Of a stretch of DNA of 64,000 nucleotides, positions 30,138 through 44,885 are shown piece after piece. The DNA comes from the human T2T-CHM13v2.0 reference genome, Homo sapiens. The DNA is taken from the NCBI RefSeq assembly GCF_009914755.1, contig NC_060934.1. The stretch is one strand, 5' to 3'. Under the pieces are notes generated by a model. That model made no database searches and was not told the origin of the DNA. It worked only from the letters and a program-made list of their open reading frames with translations. The position numbers and the translations under genes were made by a program. Every line of letters begins with the position of its first letter. Positions within the stretch are counted from its first letter, which is position 1.

Positions 30138-30420
30138 CAGCCCCATCCAATAGAAATGGTGTGTAAAGTGCATATGTCATTTCAAAGTTTGAAGAGTCAC
30201 ATTTTAAAAAGCAAAAAGAAATAGGTGAAATTATTTTAATAATATATTTTATTTCACCCAGTGTATCTAGAATGTTATCATTTCAACATATAATCAGTAT
30301 ACAGTTATTAATGAGACATGTTATCTGTTTTTGTGTGGCCTTCAGAACCGGGTGTGTTTGACCCTGAGCCGTGGCCGCACAGATGGCAGGAGCGAGGGGA
30401 GGTGGCTGCCAGGTAGTGCC
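30138..30420 (+). mobile_element. MER33 (hAT-Charlie MITE)
   Basis: tccaatagaaat...aaagaaataggtgaaattattttaataatatattttattt...tcatttcaacat matches recalled MER33. Confidence 0.8.
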
Positions 30421-31049
30421 CCTTCCTTGCTTACAGCTGAAGCAGCACCTGGCATTCCCATTCTTGGCCTCTGGGTGCCGAGGGTGGGTCCATTTGGCTG
30501 CCTGACGTGTGTCCCCAGCACTGCAGATGGGTGGTTCCTCTTTAAGCTACCTGGTGTTATACAGCAGTGGCCTCAAACTTGCTCTTGCCCTCTGACCCCA
30601 GCCCTCCCCTCCTAAGAGCTCCAGAAACACAGACTCCACGTGAGGGAACCCCAGCTCTGTTGTAGGGCAGTGCGCTGCCCGCCTGCTCAACTTCAGGTGA
30701 CGAATGGCCCCATCCTCTCGAGCCAGGGCCCTGCAGCTGTTCAGTGTCTTCATGAACTTTCAGTGACTCAGGAAAGTGGCTGAAGATAAAAATCTCATCG
30801 TACATCTTTGAAGGGAGTTGTGTTACATTTGCATGCATAGCGGAAGATTGGCTGTGGGGCGACGGGAGACCTGAACAGAAGGTTCTTCTGTGTCCCCTCT
30901 TTTTCTGGAAGTCTCCAGTGTGGCTCCAGGGTTGGTGCTAGTGGCTGTGGAATGAGTGTTCACTTGCTGCTGCGTGGTTTGGCCCTTCCCTCTGCATTGT
31001 GCGGACAGCCCTGTGCTGCGGCAGTTCTCCACATGCATTCCACACGTGA

Positions 31050-32060
31050 GCATCCATGAGGGGTGGGTATCCACAAGGGAATGGCATCCACGATGGCCAG
31101 GTGGCCTCCGGGGAAGCTGTCCTCCAGGGAAGGCATCCATGAGGGAGGGTCCATGAGTGGAGGGTATCCATGAGGGAGGGGTGTCCACAAGGGCAGGGTG
31201 TCCTCCAGGGGAAGCTGCCCTCCAGGGAAAGACAATCATAAGGGGAAAGTGTCCATAAGGGGAAGGCATCCAAGAAGGGTGGGCGTCCTTGAGGGGAGAG
31301 TGTTCTTGAGGGCAAAGCGTTCTTGAGGGAACGTCATCCTCGAGGGAAAAGCATCCTCCAGGGGAAGGTGGCATCCATGAGGGAAAGGTGTTCATGGAGG
31401 AGGGCGTCCTCGAGGATAGGGTACCCTCTAGGGAAAGACATCCTTCAGAAAGGCATCTATGAGGGGATGATGTCCTCCAGGAAAAGGCGTCTATGAGGGA
31501 AAGCCATCCATGAAGAAAAGGCGTCCATGAGGGTAAGGTGTCCATGAGGGGAAGGCGTCCATGAGGGAAAGCTGTCCATGAGGGGAAGACGTCCATGAGG
31601 GGAAGGCGTCCATGAGGGGAAGGCATCCTTGAGGGGAAGGCATCCTCCAGGGATATGTGTCTGTGAGGGGAGGGTGTCCTCTAGGGAAAGGCCTCCATGA
31701 GGGAAAGACGTCCTTGAGGGGAGGTGTCCTTGAGGAAAAGATGTCTATGAGGAGATGGTGTCCATAAGGGAAAGGTGCCCATGAGGGGAGGGTGTCCTTG
31801 AGGGGAAGGCAAGCTCTAGGGAAAGGCATACATGAAGAGAGGCCATCCTTGAGGAAAAGGCATCCATGAGGGAAAGGCTTTCATGAGGGAAAGATGTCCA
31901 TGAGGGGAAGACATCCATGAGAGGAAGACGTCCATGAGGGGAAGACGTCCATGAGGGGAAGACATCCATGAGGGGAAGACATCCATGAGGGGAAGACATC
32001 CATGAGGGGAAGACATCCATGAGGGGAAGGCATCAGTGAAGTGAAAGTGTCCATGAGGGT
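31050..32060. repeat. Degenerate 17 bp minisatellite, about 1 kb
   Basis: Unit tccatgaggggaagacR; period 17 is clear from 31931 onward (31931, 31948, 31965). Confidence 0.9.
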
Positions 32061-33969
32061 GGGGGGCGGGTGGGGCCTCGGTCGCACCTGCCATGACCCT
32101 GGACTTAACCTTGCCCTGCCCTGTGCGGTGGTGGGGGCCGGGAGGCGGCGGGGGCGGCGGGGGACGTGCTTCTTAAACTAGAGCTGATTTGTGGGAGCTT
32201 CGATGGCCCAAGCCCGGACTTTGTTCGGGTTAGAGCCCTGCGTTTCCACCTCTGCCCGTGGCGTCTCCGGCAGCAGCTTCTGGCTCCATCTGCAGATTTG
32301 CTTAAGTCACTTGCCCTATCTCTGGGGGGAAGGCTGCTGCATGTGGTCAGTGTGGTAGAACCCACAGTCTCCCCAAAAAACCTCTAGGCTGTGCTTGGGT
32401 GGGGCCTGCTGGGTCCCACACCCCTCCCCATGGTGGCCCAGCCCCACGCAGGGCCAAGGAAAGGCAGCTCCAGATCACACAGGCTGGCCAGGCTGCCTGC
32501 GGTGAGGTCATGGAAACTCATGGTGTCCTGTGTGCAGGGCGGAGAGAAGAACAGGCCCCTGCCCACACAGCTGCTCCGTGTGCCCTGGCCGGTCCCATCG
32601 GCTGCGCCTTGAGGAGGCTGTCTGACCAGGGGCCTGTGGGAACCTGGGTCTGGTTGGTCACAAACAGGCCTCTTTCTGGGGTCCCAGCACCCGTTGCAGC
32701 CCAGCCCAGCCCCGAAGGGACCTGGAGAGGAGAGCCCCCACCCAGGGCAAGGGTGGGCAGCGGGGATTTTAAACAGGGTGTTTTCCAGGCGTCGTTGGCA
32801 AGTAACTGTGGCCTTTTTCTATCAAGAAATTCCCGTGTCCCTCTGCGCGCCTTATCTTGGCATGGGGCTTCCACTGGGGTGCTGTGCAGGATGTAATTCC
32901 TTTTTAGGTCACTCCGATACTCCTCTTTGGAGAACGCCTGACAGGGCCTGGCTGTTGCTATTTTTAACACCGAGTCTTGGCCGTGCCGATGGACGTGGCC
33001 TGGGCAGGCCTGTGCTGCCTGTTTCCTGGGAACCAGGGGCCCTTCGTGCTGGGCCCCGCTCCGCGGCAGAAGCAGGGTGCTGCTTGTTTGGCTGGTGAAC
33101 GTGCTTTTTCTTGCCATGCCTTTCCAAGATATTTTTCCTGGGCCTTCCTATGAAGCATCCAGTTCAAGGACACTATAATAAAACAACCCATGTGGTTTTA
33201 TTGACTGCCCTTTTTTCCTTTAAGGTAGGAGCACCTGCTTTTTCACTGTAGAATTTTGGTGAAGAAAATGCACAGCTTTGGGCCGTGACTTCCCCGATAG
33301 TTCCAAGGTCACGCATGCCAGTGTCATTGTCACTCAGGGCGTGAAGTGCTGAGCAGAAGCTCAGACTCGTGGGTGGAGATGTGCACCCCCATGGGGGTTG
33401 TGTCTCTTCACAGCCCTGCCTGGTAACCTGGGGACACTCGGTCACATCTGTGCTTTGCAGCAGTGTGTTTCCAGCCAGGCCTGACCCAAGCGTGCTGTCC
33501 GACACTGTGGCGTGGCCTTTCCTGTCCATCCTCTGCGGTCCAGCAATATGTTTTGTTGAAGGGATCTTTGTCCAGGATCGTGCAGGCTGCAGAGGCTCCC
33601 AGGCCAGCCCTGGGGAGCTGCTTGGCTTTCTGCAGCTGCCTAGAGCTCTGTGTGTGTCCCTGTCCTCCCGGATGCCAGGGCGCCTGTGTCCCCTGTGGCT
33701 GTATCTCTCTGGCACGGGCCAACGCCTGTGGTGTGAGTAGCTGTGTCTGGCTGGTGTCACCTCACTCTGTCCAGCCTGTGCTGAGCCTGGATGCCAGCAT
33801 TGTTGACACCTCACAGCGACCGTCTCAGGAAGGCATGTGCCGAAGTGGATCCTCTGAGAGGCAGGAACCAGGCCCCAGAATTCCCGCCAGGAAGGGGTCC
33901 AGCAGGAGCCCGTGCCCGGTGTGCTTCCTGGAAAGCCCACACTTACACCCACCACCACTGCACCCCGCC

Positions 33970-34359
33970 CAGATTGTCATGGGCACTGACTGAATTGATC
34001 AGGAACTTGGGAGCCAGGTGTGAAATGCAGCCATTATTAAAAATCAAATTATATAAACCTGTAATAAAGTAAATATATTAAAACCAAAGGCAATAAATGC
34101 CCCACACTCATCCCTTCCTAATTATTGTACTGTTACGTATGATCTTGACTATTTAGCTCTGTGTCTGGGTGAGGGAAATACTCACACAGTATTTGATGTG
34201 TGAATGATGGTGCCTTGCCGAGCACCTCTCCTACCCCAGGTTCAGTGATGCCACATCGGTGGCTTAGCGTTGGCCATGGCGGGGCATTCACACCTCGGAA
34301 GGGCAGTCCCAGGGCCTCGCCTGGAGAGCTAGTATTGAGAGCTTTCGAGCACACCACTG
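33970..34359 (+). mobile_element. MER63-like (hAT-Blackjack) element
   Basis: cagccattattaaaaatcaaattatataaac...cttcctaattatt...ttcagtgatgccac...agcacaccactg terminus. Confidence 0.75.
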
Positions 34360-35561
34360 CCTGGGGAGTTGGGGGGCTGGTTCTGTCTCCCTTCCCCATG
34401 GAGGAGGCCTCTGTCCCCAGGGCAGGGGCTCCTGGGTGCTGGCTTACTTGGTCAGGTAAAGACATTGCAACAAAGGTGCCCTGTCCCTGGCTGCCTTTTG
34501 TGGTGGTGCTAGCCACCCATCAGCTTCAGTAGTGAGCTCCCGGACCTCAGCCCCTGCCTGGCTCCCTTTAGTGGGCGAGGTGCTTGAATCCTGGCTGTTG
34601 GGAGTCATTGCTCATCAGTGAAGCATTTACATTTACCCGGTACATTCTGCAGCTTCACTCACTTGCAGAGGAAATATTTTTTTTTCTGTTAGCCAAAAAT
34701 GTCCAATAGTAGGTCACGAAAACCCATCCTCTTCAAATGAGCTATTTTGAGTTTCTCGCCTTGTGCAGTGACTAAATCTGTTTTAAAACGAAGTCTCTGA
34801 TGTGCGTGTCTGTCGGCTCTGGTGAGGCCACTGCAGGTGCCCAAGCGTGGAGTGGGTTCGTACTGTCTGAGCCTGGGCACCGCACCTCCTCCAGAGCTGG
34901 CAAACAGAAGTGTTTTCAAGCTGAATCCCCAAGCAGGACGTTGGTAAGAAACAGAGATTCCCTCTTTTCTCCCTGGCCTTGCCATTATGAGACCAGGAAA
35001 GATCACAGACCTCAGAGAAGGTCATGATTTTTCCATTGTTCAGAGGCACTCACTCGAAGGCCCTGGGGGTGGCTTTGCGCAGCTCCAGGGCTCCTGCCTT
35101 GGGTGTTGCTGGCTGGAGGGAATGTGTTTTTTGGGTTTCTGGTTTTGTTCCTACAGAGTTAGTTAAACAGTGAGCACGTTCAGCAAACTTATTGTGACGA
35201 TTTCAAGCCCATATAAACATGGAGAGAATCCTTTCCGTGCCCAGCACCCACGCTCAGCTGTGAAGCTCGTGGCCAGTTCTGCTTCAGACCCCTCCACCTG
35301 CTCTTCCCACCCCTGAGCATTTGAAGCAAAAACCAGACAGTGCATCACTTCATTCGTGACTATTTCAGTAGGTATTTCAAAGAATACAGACCCTACACAG
35401 TAGCTTTATATCTAAAAAGATGATCAGTAATTCCAACCTATTCAATATCCAGTTAGGATTTAGATGTTCTCAGTTGTCTCATAATTGTTTTTTACAGTTC
35501 ATGTGTTACAATTAATTGATGTTTTGATGGAAATTGTTTTGTAGCTTTCGTGAAGTTAGGA

Positions 35562-35812
35562 GTGCCATCTCCCTTGGCGGGTGTGCCCCGGAGAGGCGTG
35601 TCATCTCCCTTGGCAGGTGTGCCCCGGAGAGGCGTATCATCTCCCTTGGTGGGTGTGCCCCGGAGAGGCGTATCATCTCCCTTGGTGGGTGTGCCCCGGA
35701 GAGGCGTATCATCTCCCTTGGTGGGTGTGCCCCAGAGAGGCATGTCATCTCCCTTGGGTGTGCCCCGGAGAGGCGTGTCATCTCCCTTGGTGAGTGTGCC
35801 ACGGAGAGGAGT
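35562..35812. repeat. Minisatellite, 36 bp x7, at the edge of an antisense L1M fragment
   Basis: atctccc at 35567, 35603, 35639, 35675, 35711, 35747 and 35780. Confidence 0.92.
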
Positions 35813-36352
35813 ATGCATTCTGTGTTCTGCAGGTGTCAGATGTGGTTTTCTGTCGTGCCAAGTGGACCACGGAGCTTGACTGTGTCCTGCATCTTGACTG
35901 CTTGTGTGTGTTGGTCTAGATCCATTGAGTGCCAAGGGAGGGCGCTAAAGTCTCCTACAGTGGTTGTGGGATTGTCTGTTTCTCCTTTGTTCTGTCAACC
36001 TCTGCCCAGTGTGTTTTTTGTTATTAGCCATATACACATTTGTGGTTGTGCTGTCTTCCTGAGAGTTGTCTCGGTCATCACGAATGTTCTTCTTCGTCTC
36101 CTGGAGCCTTGGTCCAATGAATGTTGCCGCCACTGCGGCTCACGGTGGCCCTCCCAGGCTCTCGGCCGGCAGCCCTGCCTGGCTCACCGCAGCCCTCCCA
36201 GGCTCATGGCTGGTGTGGTGTGTGCTTTCCTGTTTGCTCTCTGTCTGTTTGTGTCTTTATCCTGAAAGTGTGTCTCTTACAGGCAGTGTGTCCTTCAGTC
36301 TTGTTTTTTATCCACCCTGTAGCTCCCAGCCTTGCAATTGGAAAGTCCAGAA

Positions 36353-36552
36353 CAGCCTCAGCTGACGGAACTTCCTGATGAGAGTTCCAGTCTGTGGCAT
36401 TCACAATGGCAGCCACTGGCCACCTGTGGCTTTTGATGGCGCATATTTGAAATGTGATTCGTGCTGTCAAAGAACTCAGTTTTTAAACATTTATTTCGTT
36501 TTCTTTTAAATAGCCACATTTGACTTGTGACAGCTAGATAACACAGTGCCAG
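36353..36552. mobile_element. MER3 (hAT-Charlie MITE)
   Basis: atggcagccactggccacctgtggct...tttgaaatgtg...ttttaaatagccacatttg. Confidence 0.7.
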
Positions 36553-36592
36553 TCTAGACCACTAACCCTGTTATAACTGTTGATGTGGTTGA

Positions 36593-37044
<452 letters not shown>

Positions 37045-37064
37045 CTTTTTAAAGATATTTTTAA

Positions 37065-37351
37065 AGCTACTTGGGAGGGTGAGGTGGGAGGGTTGCTTGA
37101 GGCCAGGAGTTTGAGACCAGCCTGAGCAACATAGCAAGATCCCTGTCTCTCGAAGATTTAAAAAAAAAAAAAATTAGCTGGGTTTGGTGGTGCACACCTG
37201 TTGTCCCAGCATCAGGAGGCTGGAGGCTAAGCCAGAAGGATAACTGAAGCCTGGGAGGTGGAGACTGCAGTGAGCTGTGATCACACCACAGCACTTCAGC
37301 CTGGGTGACAGAGCGAAATCCTATCTCAAAGACAAAAAAAAAAAAAAAAAA
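37065..37351 (+). mobile_element. AluJ, 5'-truncated
   Basis: gaggccaggagtttgagaccagcctgagcaacatagcaaga..., J-type right arm and A tail. Confidence 0.88.
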
Positions 37352-37499
37352 GGCATATTCAAGTGGTTGCTAGTTAATATTGTACTACTTCATGTGCAAT
37401 GTTGAAATCTTGAAATCACATAGGTTTCTATATGGCATGTATTCCATCTGTGTACGTTGAAAATCCCAGTTGGAAATATTATTTCAAAAAAATGCTTTA

Positions 37500-37831
37500 T
37501 TGGATAAACAAAATGTGTGTGTGTGTGTGTGTGTGTGTATTTTCTATACCACACACATATATGCAATGTAATATTCGGCCATAAAAAGAATGAAATCGTC
37601 TTTTGCAGCAACGTGGATAGAACTTGCTTTACTTCTTCCGTGAAACAGCTCAGAAAGTCAGTCCACATGTTCTCCCTTCTAAATGGGAGTGAGGGATGAG
37701 AGTCACCTAAGGGTACAGTGTGCACACGATTCGAGTGGTGGTTACACTGAAAGCCCTGGCTTTAGCCCTGTGCAAAACAGCCACGTCACAAAACTGCACT
37801 GTACCCCTTACATGTATACAAATTTAAAAAA
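37500..37831 (+). mobile_element. L1PB/L1MA-type 3' end containing (TG)n
   Basis: gccataaaaagaatgaaatc...gcagcaacgtggatag...aaaactgcactgtacccc. Confidence 0.75.
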
Positions 37832-38227
37832 TGAACTCAGCATCAGCAAACTGCACTCCCTCCACCCTGGTTTGCAGCCCAAGCCAGCCTGCTGCACGCC
37901 TTTGGAAATCGAGGTTGTGGACGCACAGCCACCCCCAGTCGCTCCTGTCCCTTGGGGCTGCCCTTGCGCTGCTGAGCAGGGACCACAGAGCTCCCATGTC
38001 CATTTGGTTATTTATGGAAGAGAACCAGCCCTGCCTTCCTGGATTCCTCAGAAAGGGCTGATGGGGGCAAAATTTCCCAAATTTTTGTACGTTGAAAACT
38101 GTTTTGTATAGTTTTGGAATTTGAAGGATGCTTTGCTGGATAAATCGCCCTTGGTTCAGGCCTCATTTCACTGAGATGTTTAGGAAAGGTCATTCTGTTG
38201 TCGTCTTAGTGCGTATGTTGGGTTTGA

Positions 38228-38562
<335 letters not shown>

Positions 38563-38675
38563 TGTTGTTTAATTGATCTTTTTTACCTGGAGGCCATGAG
38601 GATCTTATCTTTATCTTTGAAATCTTGGAGTTGATTACTTTGGGTTAATTTTCTGAAGTATTCAGTGAGCCTTTC

Positions 38676-38821
38676 AGTGTATAAGTGCGGGTCTTTTTCT
38701 GTTTTGAAGTTTTCCTGGGTTATAGTTTTAAATGTTAGGTGTTTCAGGTGAGTGTGTAAGTGCGGGTCTTTTTCTGTTTTGAAGTTTTCCTGGGTTATAG
38801 TTTTAAATGTTAGGTGTTTCG
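38676..38821. repeat. 75 bp tandem duplication within L1M sequence
   Basis: taagtgcgggtctttttctgttttgaag...ttaggtgtttc at 38682 and 38757. Confidence 0.92.
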
Positions 38822-39603
38822 GGTGTCCTTTGGGTCCCTGATCCTCCAAATGTTCCTCCTTCTCTGCCTGTCTCCCACGGTCACTTCTTTCTCTCACGCT
38901 GTTTTCTCTGTGCGATTTTGCTTTCTCAGTGGATTTTTCTGGTTTTGATGCCCATGTTGGGGTTTCCTTCCAGTGACTCTCCTGGCGCCTGCTGTGGCTG
39001 TCCTCCTCTGTCATGACTGTTCTGTGCTTTGCCTTTGCCGCCCCCGAGGTTGATGGGCGCTCTCCGTCTCTTTCTCCCAGTGGTCCATTCTGTGTTTTAG
39101 TTTCGCATCTCTGATGTGAGGTGGTTTTTCATATTCTCGACTGCTTGAGTAGATTTGATTTTATCTGCAATGTGGGCTCCCGTCCTGTTCTGCCTCACGG
39201 TCGTTTTCCTCAGGTCGGGCACGTTTTCCTCAGTTTGTGTGTGTACAATTTTTTGTCTTTTTTTTACAGCCGTTTTGTAGGGACTTCCTTTTGCTCATCT
39301 TTAGTGGGAGTATGGGGTTTGCAAGATTCCTAATTTAATAGCACCCTCTTGTGTTGGTATTGCAAAGTCCAAGTGCATTCGCTGGCTTTGGAAGTTGGGC
39401 AGTGATTGGGGTCTGGGAGTTGTTCGTTCTCTGATTTGCTGGCGCTCTTTCTCTTTCAAGTCCCTCTTTTCCTGCCTTTTCTTCCTTTCTCCTTTGCCAC
39501 CTGGTGACTCAGGGCTGCTACTTCTCTCTCTTTTTAGAAATATTTTTCTCTTCTTCGTTGGTAGTGTCTCAGTAGTGCCCTTGAAGCATGGCTGTCCTGC
39601 TAG

Positions 39604-40216
<613 letters not shown>

Positions 40217-40399
40217 AGCTTCCACTTTTTCTTCAAGCCACGCTGAGGCTGCAATTTGGGTTTTTCTCTCTATATAAGTTACATATATATATGACATAGT
40301 TTATATGTTACATTCATTATATATCACATCCCCTGCCTACATAGAAAATTGGGGAGCAAATTTTTGGGACTAGGCTGTCTTCAGCTACCCTGGAGGCTC

Positions 40400-41560
40400 A
40401 TTCTATGTATTTTAAAGAACCCAAGAAGAAAAAATATAATCTTTTATATTTACCCAGATGCTTCCCATTTTTCCTGCCTTTCCTTATTCTTGGAGATCCA
40501 AGCTGCCCCCAGATCATTCCCCTCCAGCCCTGCCCAGCCATCAGTTTCCAGCAGACCTGCTGGTGGAACATTTGCTTAGTTTTCTTTTGTGTGAAAATGT
40601 TTCCCTTTGCCTTCATTCCTGAGGGATATTTTCAATAGATACTGACTTCTGGGTTGACTTTTTTTTTTTTTTTCCTTAAGCACTTTAAAGGCCTTGTTCC
40701 ACTGTCTTTTGGCCTCCAGGTTTCCTGATAAGAAATCCGTGGTAATTTGAATTGTTGACTCCTTCCTGTATGTGTGTTCTGTTACTTCTGTCCAGTTGGT
40801 TTCAGAAGTTTTTTCTATTAATACATCTTTGTTTTTCCTCAATTTGATTATGATAAAATGTGGCACAGATATGCCTAGATAGGAATTTCTTTGAATTTAT
40901 CTTGTTATTTGTTTGAATTTATCTTGTTATGCACTCACTGAGGTTCTAGAATCTGTAAATGTATGTCTTTCACTAAATTTGGGGACATTTTGGCCGTTGT
41001 TTTTTCCAAGTGTTTTTCTCATGCACCATCTGTTTCTCCTCTCCTTCTGTTGCTCCGACTACGCGTAGAGTAGATGTGATGCCATTTTCTGGAGGCTCTG
41101 CTGGCTTTTGCTGAACCTTTGTGCTTTCTGTTCTTTGATTTCAGTAATTTCTACTGACTTATTTTCAGATTTGCCAGCTGTTCTCTGTCATCTTCATTTT
41201 ACCATTGAGTTCTTCTGGTCATTTATTTTAGATGTTGTATAAATGTTTTTAGTTTTTGAAATTTCCATTTGTTTCTCCTTTATAGTTTCTGTTGAAATTT
41301 TCTGTCTTTTCATTTATTTCAAGAGTATTTACTTTGACCTCATGGAGCATGTTGTAGTTGTTGCTTGAAAACCTTCCTCTGCTGTGTCCGGCATTGGTGT
41401 TGTCTTAGTGGTGGCATCTGTCTGTCATTCTTTCTATTAAATGTGGGCCATGTTTTCAGATTCCGATAACTCAGGGTTGTGTCCTGGTCATTGTGGATGC
41501 TGCGTTGTATAGACACTGGCTTTTCTTACGGTTCTCAGCATGCACGCATTCACCCTGATG
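40400..41560 (-). mobile_element. Old L1M ORF1-region fragment
   Basis: T-rich antisense L1; the ORF at 40576-40866 (IQITTDFLSGNLEAKRQWNKAFKVLKE) is an ORF1p remnant. Confidence 0.8.
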
Positions 41561-43467
41561 AGGTACAGACCATAAGCTCAGTCTCATGCTGGGTGCTGGT
41601 CAGAGCCCACCTCACTGCTCAGAGCCTCTGCTCGCTCACGTGGGTTGTCACACATGTGTGTGTTTGGGGTTATTGGAGACTCAAGCGGCTTCATACACAG
41701 ACTTAGGGTTCCCTCTTCCTAGCTCTTCCCTCCAGGGTTGCCCCACACCGTCCGGCTAGCCTGGGTTTCTTTCTGTTGCTCTTCTGGCCAGAGAGAGGGT
41801 GGGGTTTCCTCTGGATTTGTAGGGTCCACATTCTGCTGCTCCCGTAAGTGTGGCCCAGGCTTGGGCAAAGCCCGAAGAGGGAAAGAATAAGAGGCTCGCC
41901 CTGTGTATCACTTCTCCAGGCTCTGACTCCCGGCGCTGCCTGTCTGCCTCTCTTTACCTCTCAGCCTCCTCGGGCACATGTTTTGTTTGTAGTGTGTGGT
42001 TGTCCTCGGCGGGAACAGTGGCCTCCGAGGGCCACATGCTCCCATGGCAAAACCGGAGCCCCTGCTGATATGCCCTTGTAGTGCCTTTTAGTTGATGCGT
42101 GTCTCTGTATACCTTCTTTTCTCTCGGCCGTTTCCTGTTCTTCTTTGCCCCTCTTTGCCAGCACTTATCTGTGGAAGGCATCCAGTGTCCCCCACACAGT
42201 GTCCGTGGTCCTGTGGCTGGAGGTGTCCTGTGGCTGTGCTCAGCGTGCTGTCTCCCATTTCCTGGAATCGGCCTCCGTCGAGATCCGACGTGGGTTCAGT
42301 TTTTCCGCCGGGATGCTCTGCCATGGCGTTACAGCTTTCATCGGGAGGCATGTACTCTGTTCACCCCTCTGTCTGTGTCTCTTTGTGGTATTAGCAGCTG
42401 CTGGTGTTCACTGCCTCGATTCACTGCGTCATTAAGAATTGTAAAATGGCTGTATTCTAATTCTACCATTTCTTTTTCACTTTTTGGTAGGAGTGTTTCT
42501 GTAAAGAGGGACTGTGTCCCCTGTGCTTTTCCAGAGACACTGTTTGTCCAAGAAAGGCAGGATAACACGTTGCTCCATTCCCCTTATTTGCCAGTTTTCC
42601 AAACAATGTCGGGATTTAAAATAACACCCTGATTTCAAGATGACCAATGCCTGGAGACTCTCAGGCTCATTATGTACTCATGGATATAAACTTTCTTGTT
42701 GTGCCGATCCATTCTAGACCATAATTCTGTCTCCTAGATGGAGTTTATAATATGTGAAGTTATATTTCTCCATACAGCTAACTAGTCCAGCTATCCGGAT
42801 AGATCTAACCAGGATGTCTTCCTTCTCCTTCATGAATTCCTCAGACAGTTTGCCTGTGCCTTTGTGGAGTGAGACGACCCCGTGCCAGAGGGCGATTTTC
42901 TGAGCCCAGTCTTTCAGCAGAAGCTCCAGGGACTGGGTGTTAACTCACCTGCAGTCTGTTCCAGCACAGCTTCGCAAGGGCCCCGTGTTGTAAACTGTGC
43001 GTGGAGGTAGTTTGATTTGTGGGTGTGGAGGAACAATAGCATCATCTGCTGCCATTCAGTGCCCTGCTCTTTTCTATAGTCGTTCATTGCTTTTCTTCTG
43101 AAACTTCTCATGGTAAAGATCTTATCATTTTGATAACTTGGTTTTCAAAGGAAGTGTGGCCTTTCGTCTGTTTGGGGTACCCATCTCCATAACCTGTTGC
43201 AGATGTGTGGGAACCCCGGGCTTCTCCTGATGCAACATTCTGTGTTTCTGAAGCGTCCTCTCACTTCAGCTTTGAGGGCGTCATCACCCCTGTGCATGGT
43301 CAGGGTGTGGAGCACACCAGCAGGGCTCCCCAGTGTGGACCAGTGCTGGCGCATCACGGTTCAGGGCTCATGGTCCAGTGGGAGGGGATGTGGAGAGCAG
43401 CCTGTGACCACAGAAGAAAAGGAGGTTCACAAAGCCATCTGGGAGTCCAGCGGGAAGGGGCGGCCTT

Positions 43468-43552
43468 CTGGGAACAGCCTGGAGCTCGTCTGCGGTCTGG
43501 GGACAGCCTGGAGCCCGTCTGCGGTCTGGGGACAGCCTGGAGCCCATCTGCA
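43468..43552. repeat. Tandem repeat, 29 bp x3
   Basis: acagcctggagc at 43474, 43503 and 43532. Confidence 0.88.
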
Positions 43553-44703
43553 GAGGAGGCCTGGGGCGTGGGAGTGGGTGGAGGCGTTTCCAGCAGAGGG
43601 GCAGCAGCAGAGCCCCAGCGTGCAGCACTTGCTCTGTGCAGTGTCCGGCGGGCTGGGGACGACATCTGAGAAGCCCTGGTGTCCTCGGTTCTTCTCCACG
43701 CGGTTCGCCGGCCATCCTCTCGCATCAGGGCTGTGTCTCACTGTGCGTCTGGCGTTCCGGGGCCCCTGATGTGGTGGCTATGCCAGCATAGCTGCAGTTT
43801 CTCCACCGCCTTACTCCTGCCGTGACAGCCCAGGAAATGCTGTAAAATCTAGTTATCCGTGGGGTCGTTGGAATCTGAGGACACATCTTTTCTTGTGATG
43901 GCGTTTGCCTACAGAGCTGTGTGCGTCGCAGCCCCCTCTCCTCCCCTGTCACTCCGGGAGCAGGGGTCCCCTCTGTTTGAGCAGGCCTGGCCTTTGTTGG
44001 GCTTTGCTGAGGAGCTCATCCATGTCACGTACACTTGCTGTTGAGAGAAACCAAGCTGTCCCGCTTTAAATTAGTGGGACCGTTTGTCAATAACTGCATG
44101 AAAATATATACGTAAGACTTCTGACCCAACTGTCCATGTGGAGGGGCGGCCGCACGTGGGGATAAAGACCTGCCGATGAAGCGCAGTGGTAATTTTACAT
44201 GTCATAACTCTTCATCATCCTGCTTTTCTGTCACGTGCTTGAAATCTTGCCAGCTTGGGGAAACTGAGAGTATGTGCTGTTGACGTAGCTGAGCTCACGT
44301 TCCGTCCAGTACAAAGCAGGTGTTGCCAGGTCGCTCTGTGGGAGATGTTGACTTTAAATGAATGTCACGGAGAGAGGAGTCATTTTCCTCAGTTGTTTAT
44401 TTAAACTTAGTGATTTGTTAAAATTTAGTTTCAAATACTATTAATTAGCAAGGTCATTGGGTTGACCAATTAAGATATATTGAATATAGGGGGGTTTTTT
44501 TCTCCCATAGAGGTATGGTTTAATCAGTTAGCTCTGCTAGTATATAGAAGGAATTCAACTATTAAAGACTAAGAAAGGCACAAAATAAACCTAAACACAT
44601 CCAAGTTATCACTGAATATTGTACTACTGCCACTGTCTTTCTCTGGGTGGTACAGGAGTTGAGGCAGTCTAGTGAGAAAAGTCACGGGCCTGAAGGATTT
44701 TGA

Positions 44704-44885
44704 GGCCAGATGTGGGGACTCACACCTGTAGTCCCAGCACTTTGGGAGGCTGAGGTGGGAGATCACTCGAGCCCAGGAGTTGGAGGCTGCTGTGAGCTAT
44801 GATCACACTACTGTACTCCAGCCTGGGCAACAGAGTGAGACCCTGTCTCAAATGAAATTAAATGAAATAAAATTAAATTAAATAA
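44704..44885 (+). mobile_element. Alu monomer (FRAM/FAM-like)
   Basis: Single monomer with gaggctgctgtgagctatgatc and an (aaatt)n-type tail. Confidence 0.8.

Noticed and set aside
30823-32094. Minus-strand ORFs with MDVFPSW repeats
   Set aside because: Translation of the 17 bp array.
42781-42806. Polylinker-like cluster (ACTAGT, palindrome CTATCCGGATAG, AGATCT)
   Set aside because: A 12 bp palindrome is expected by chance many times in 64 kb, and there is no other sign of vector sequence.
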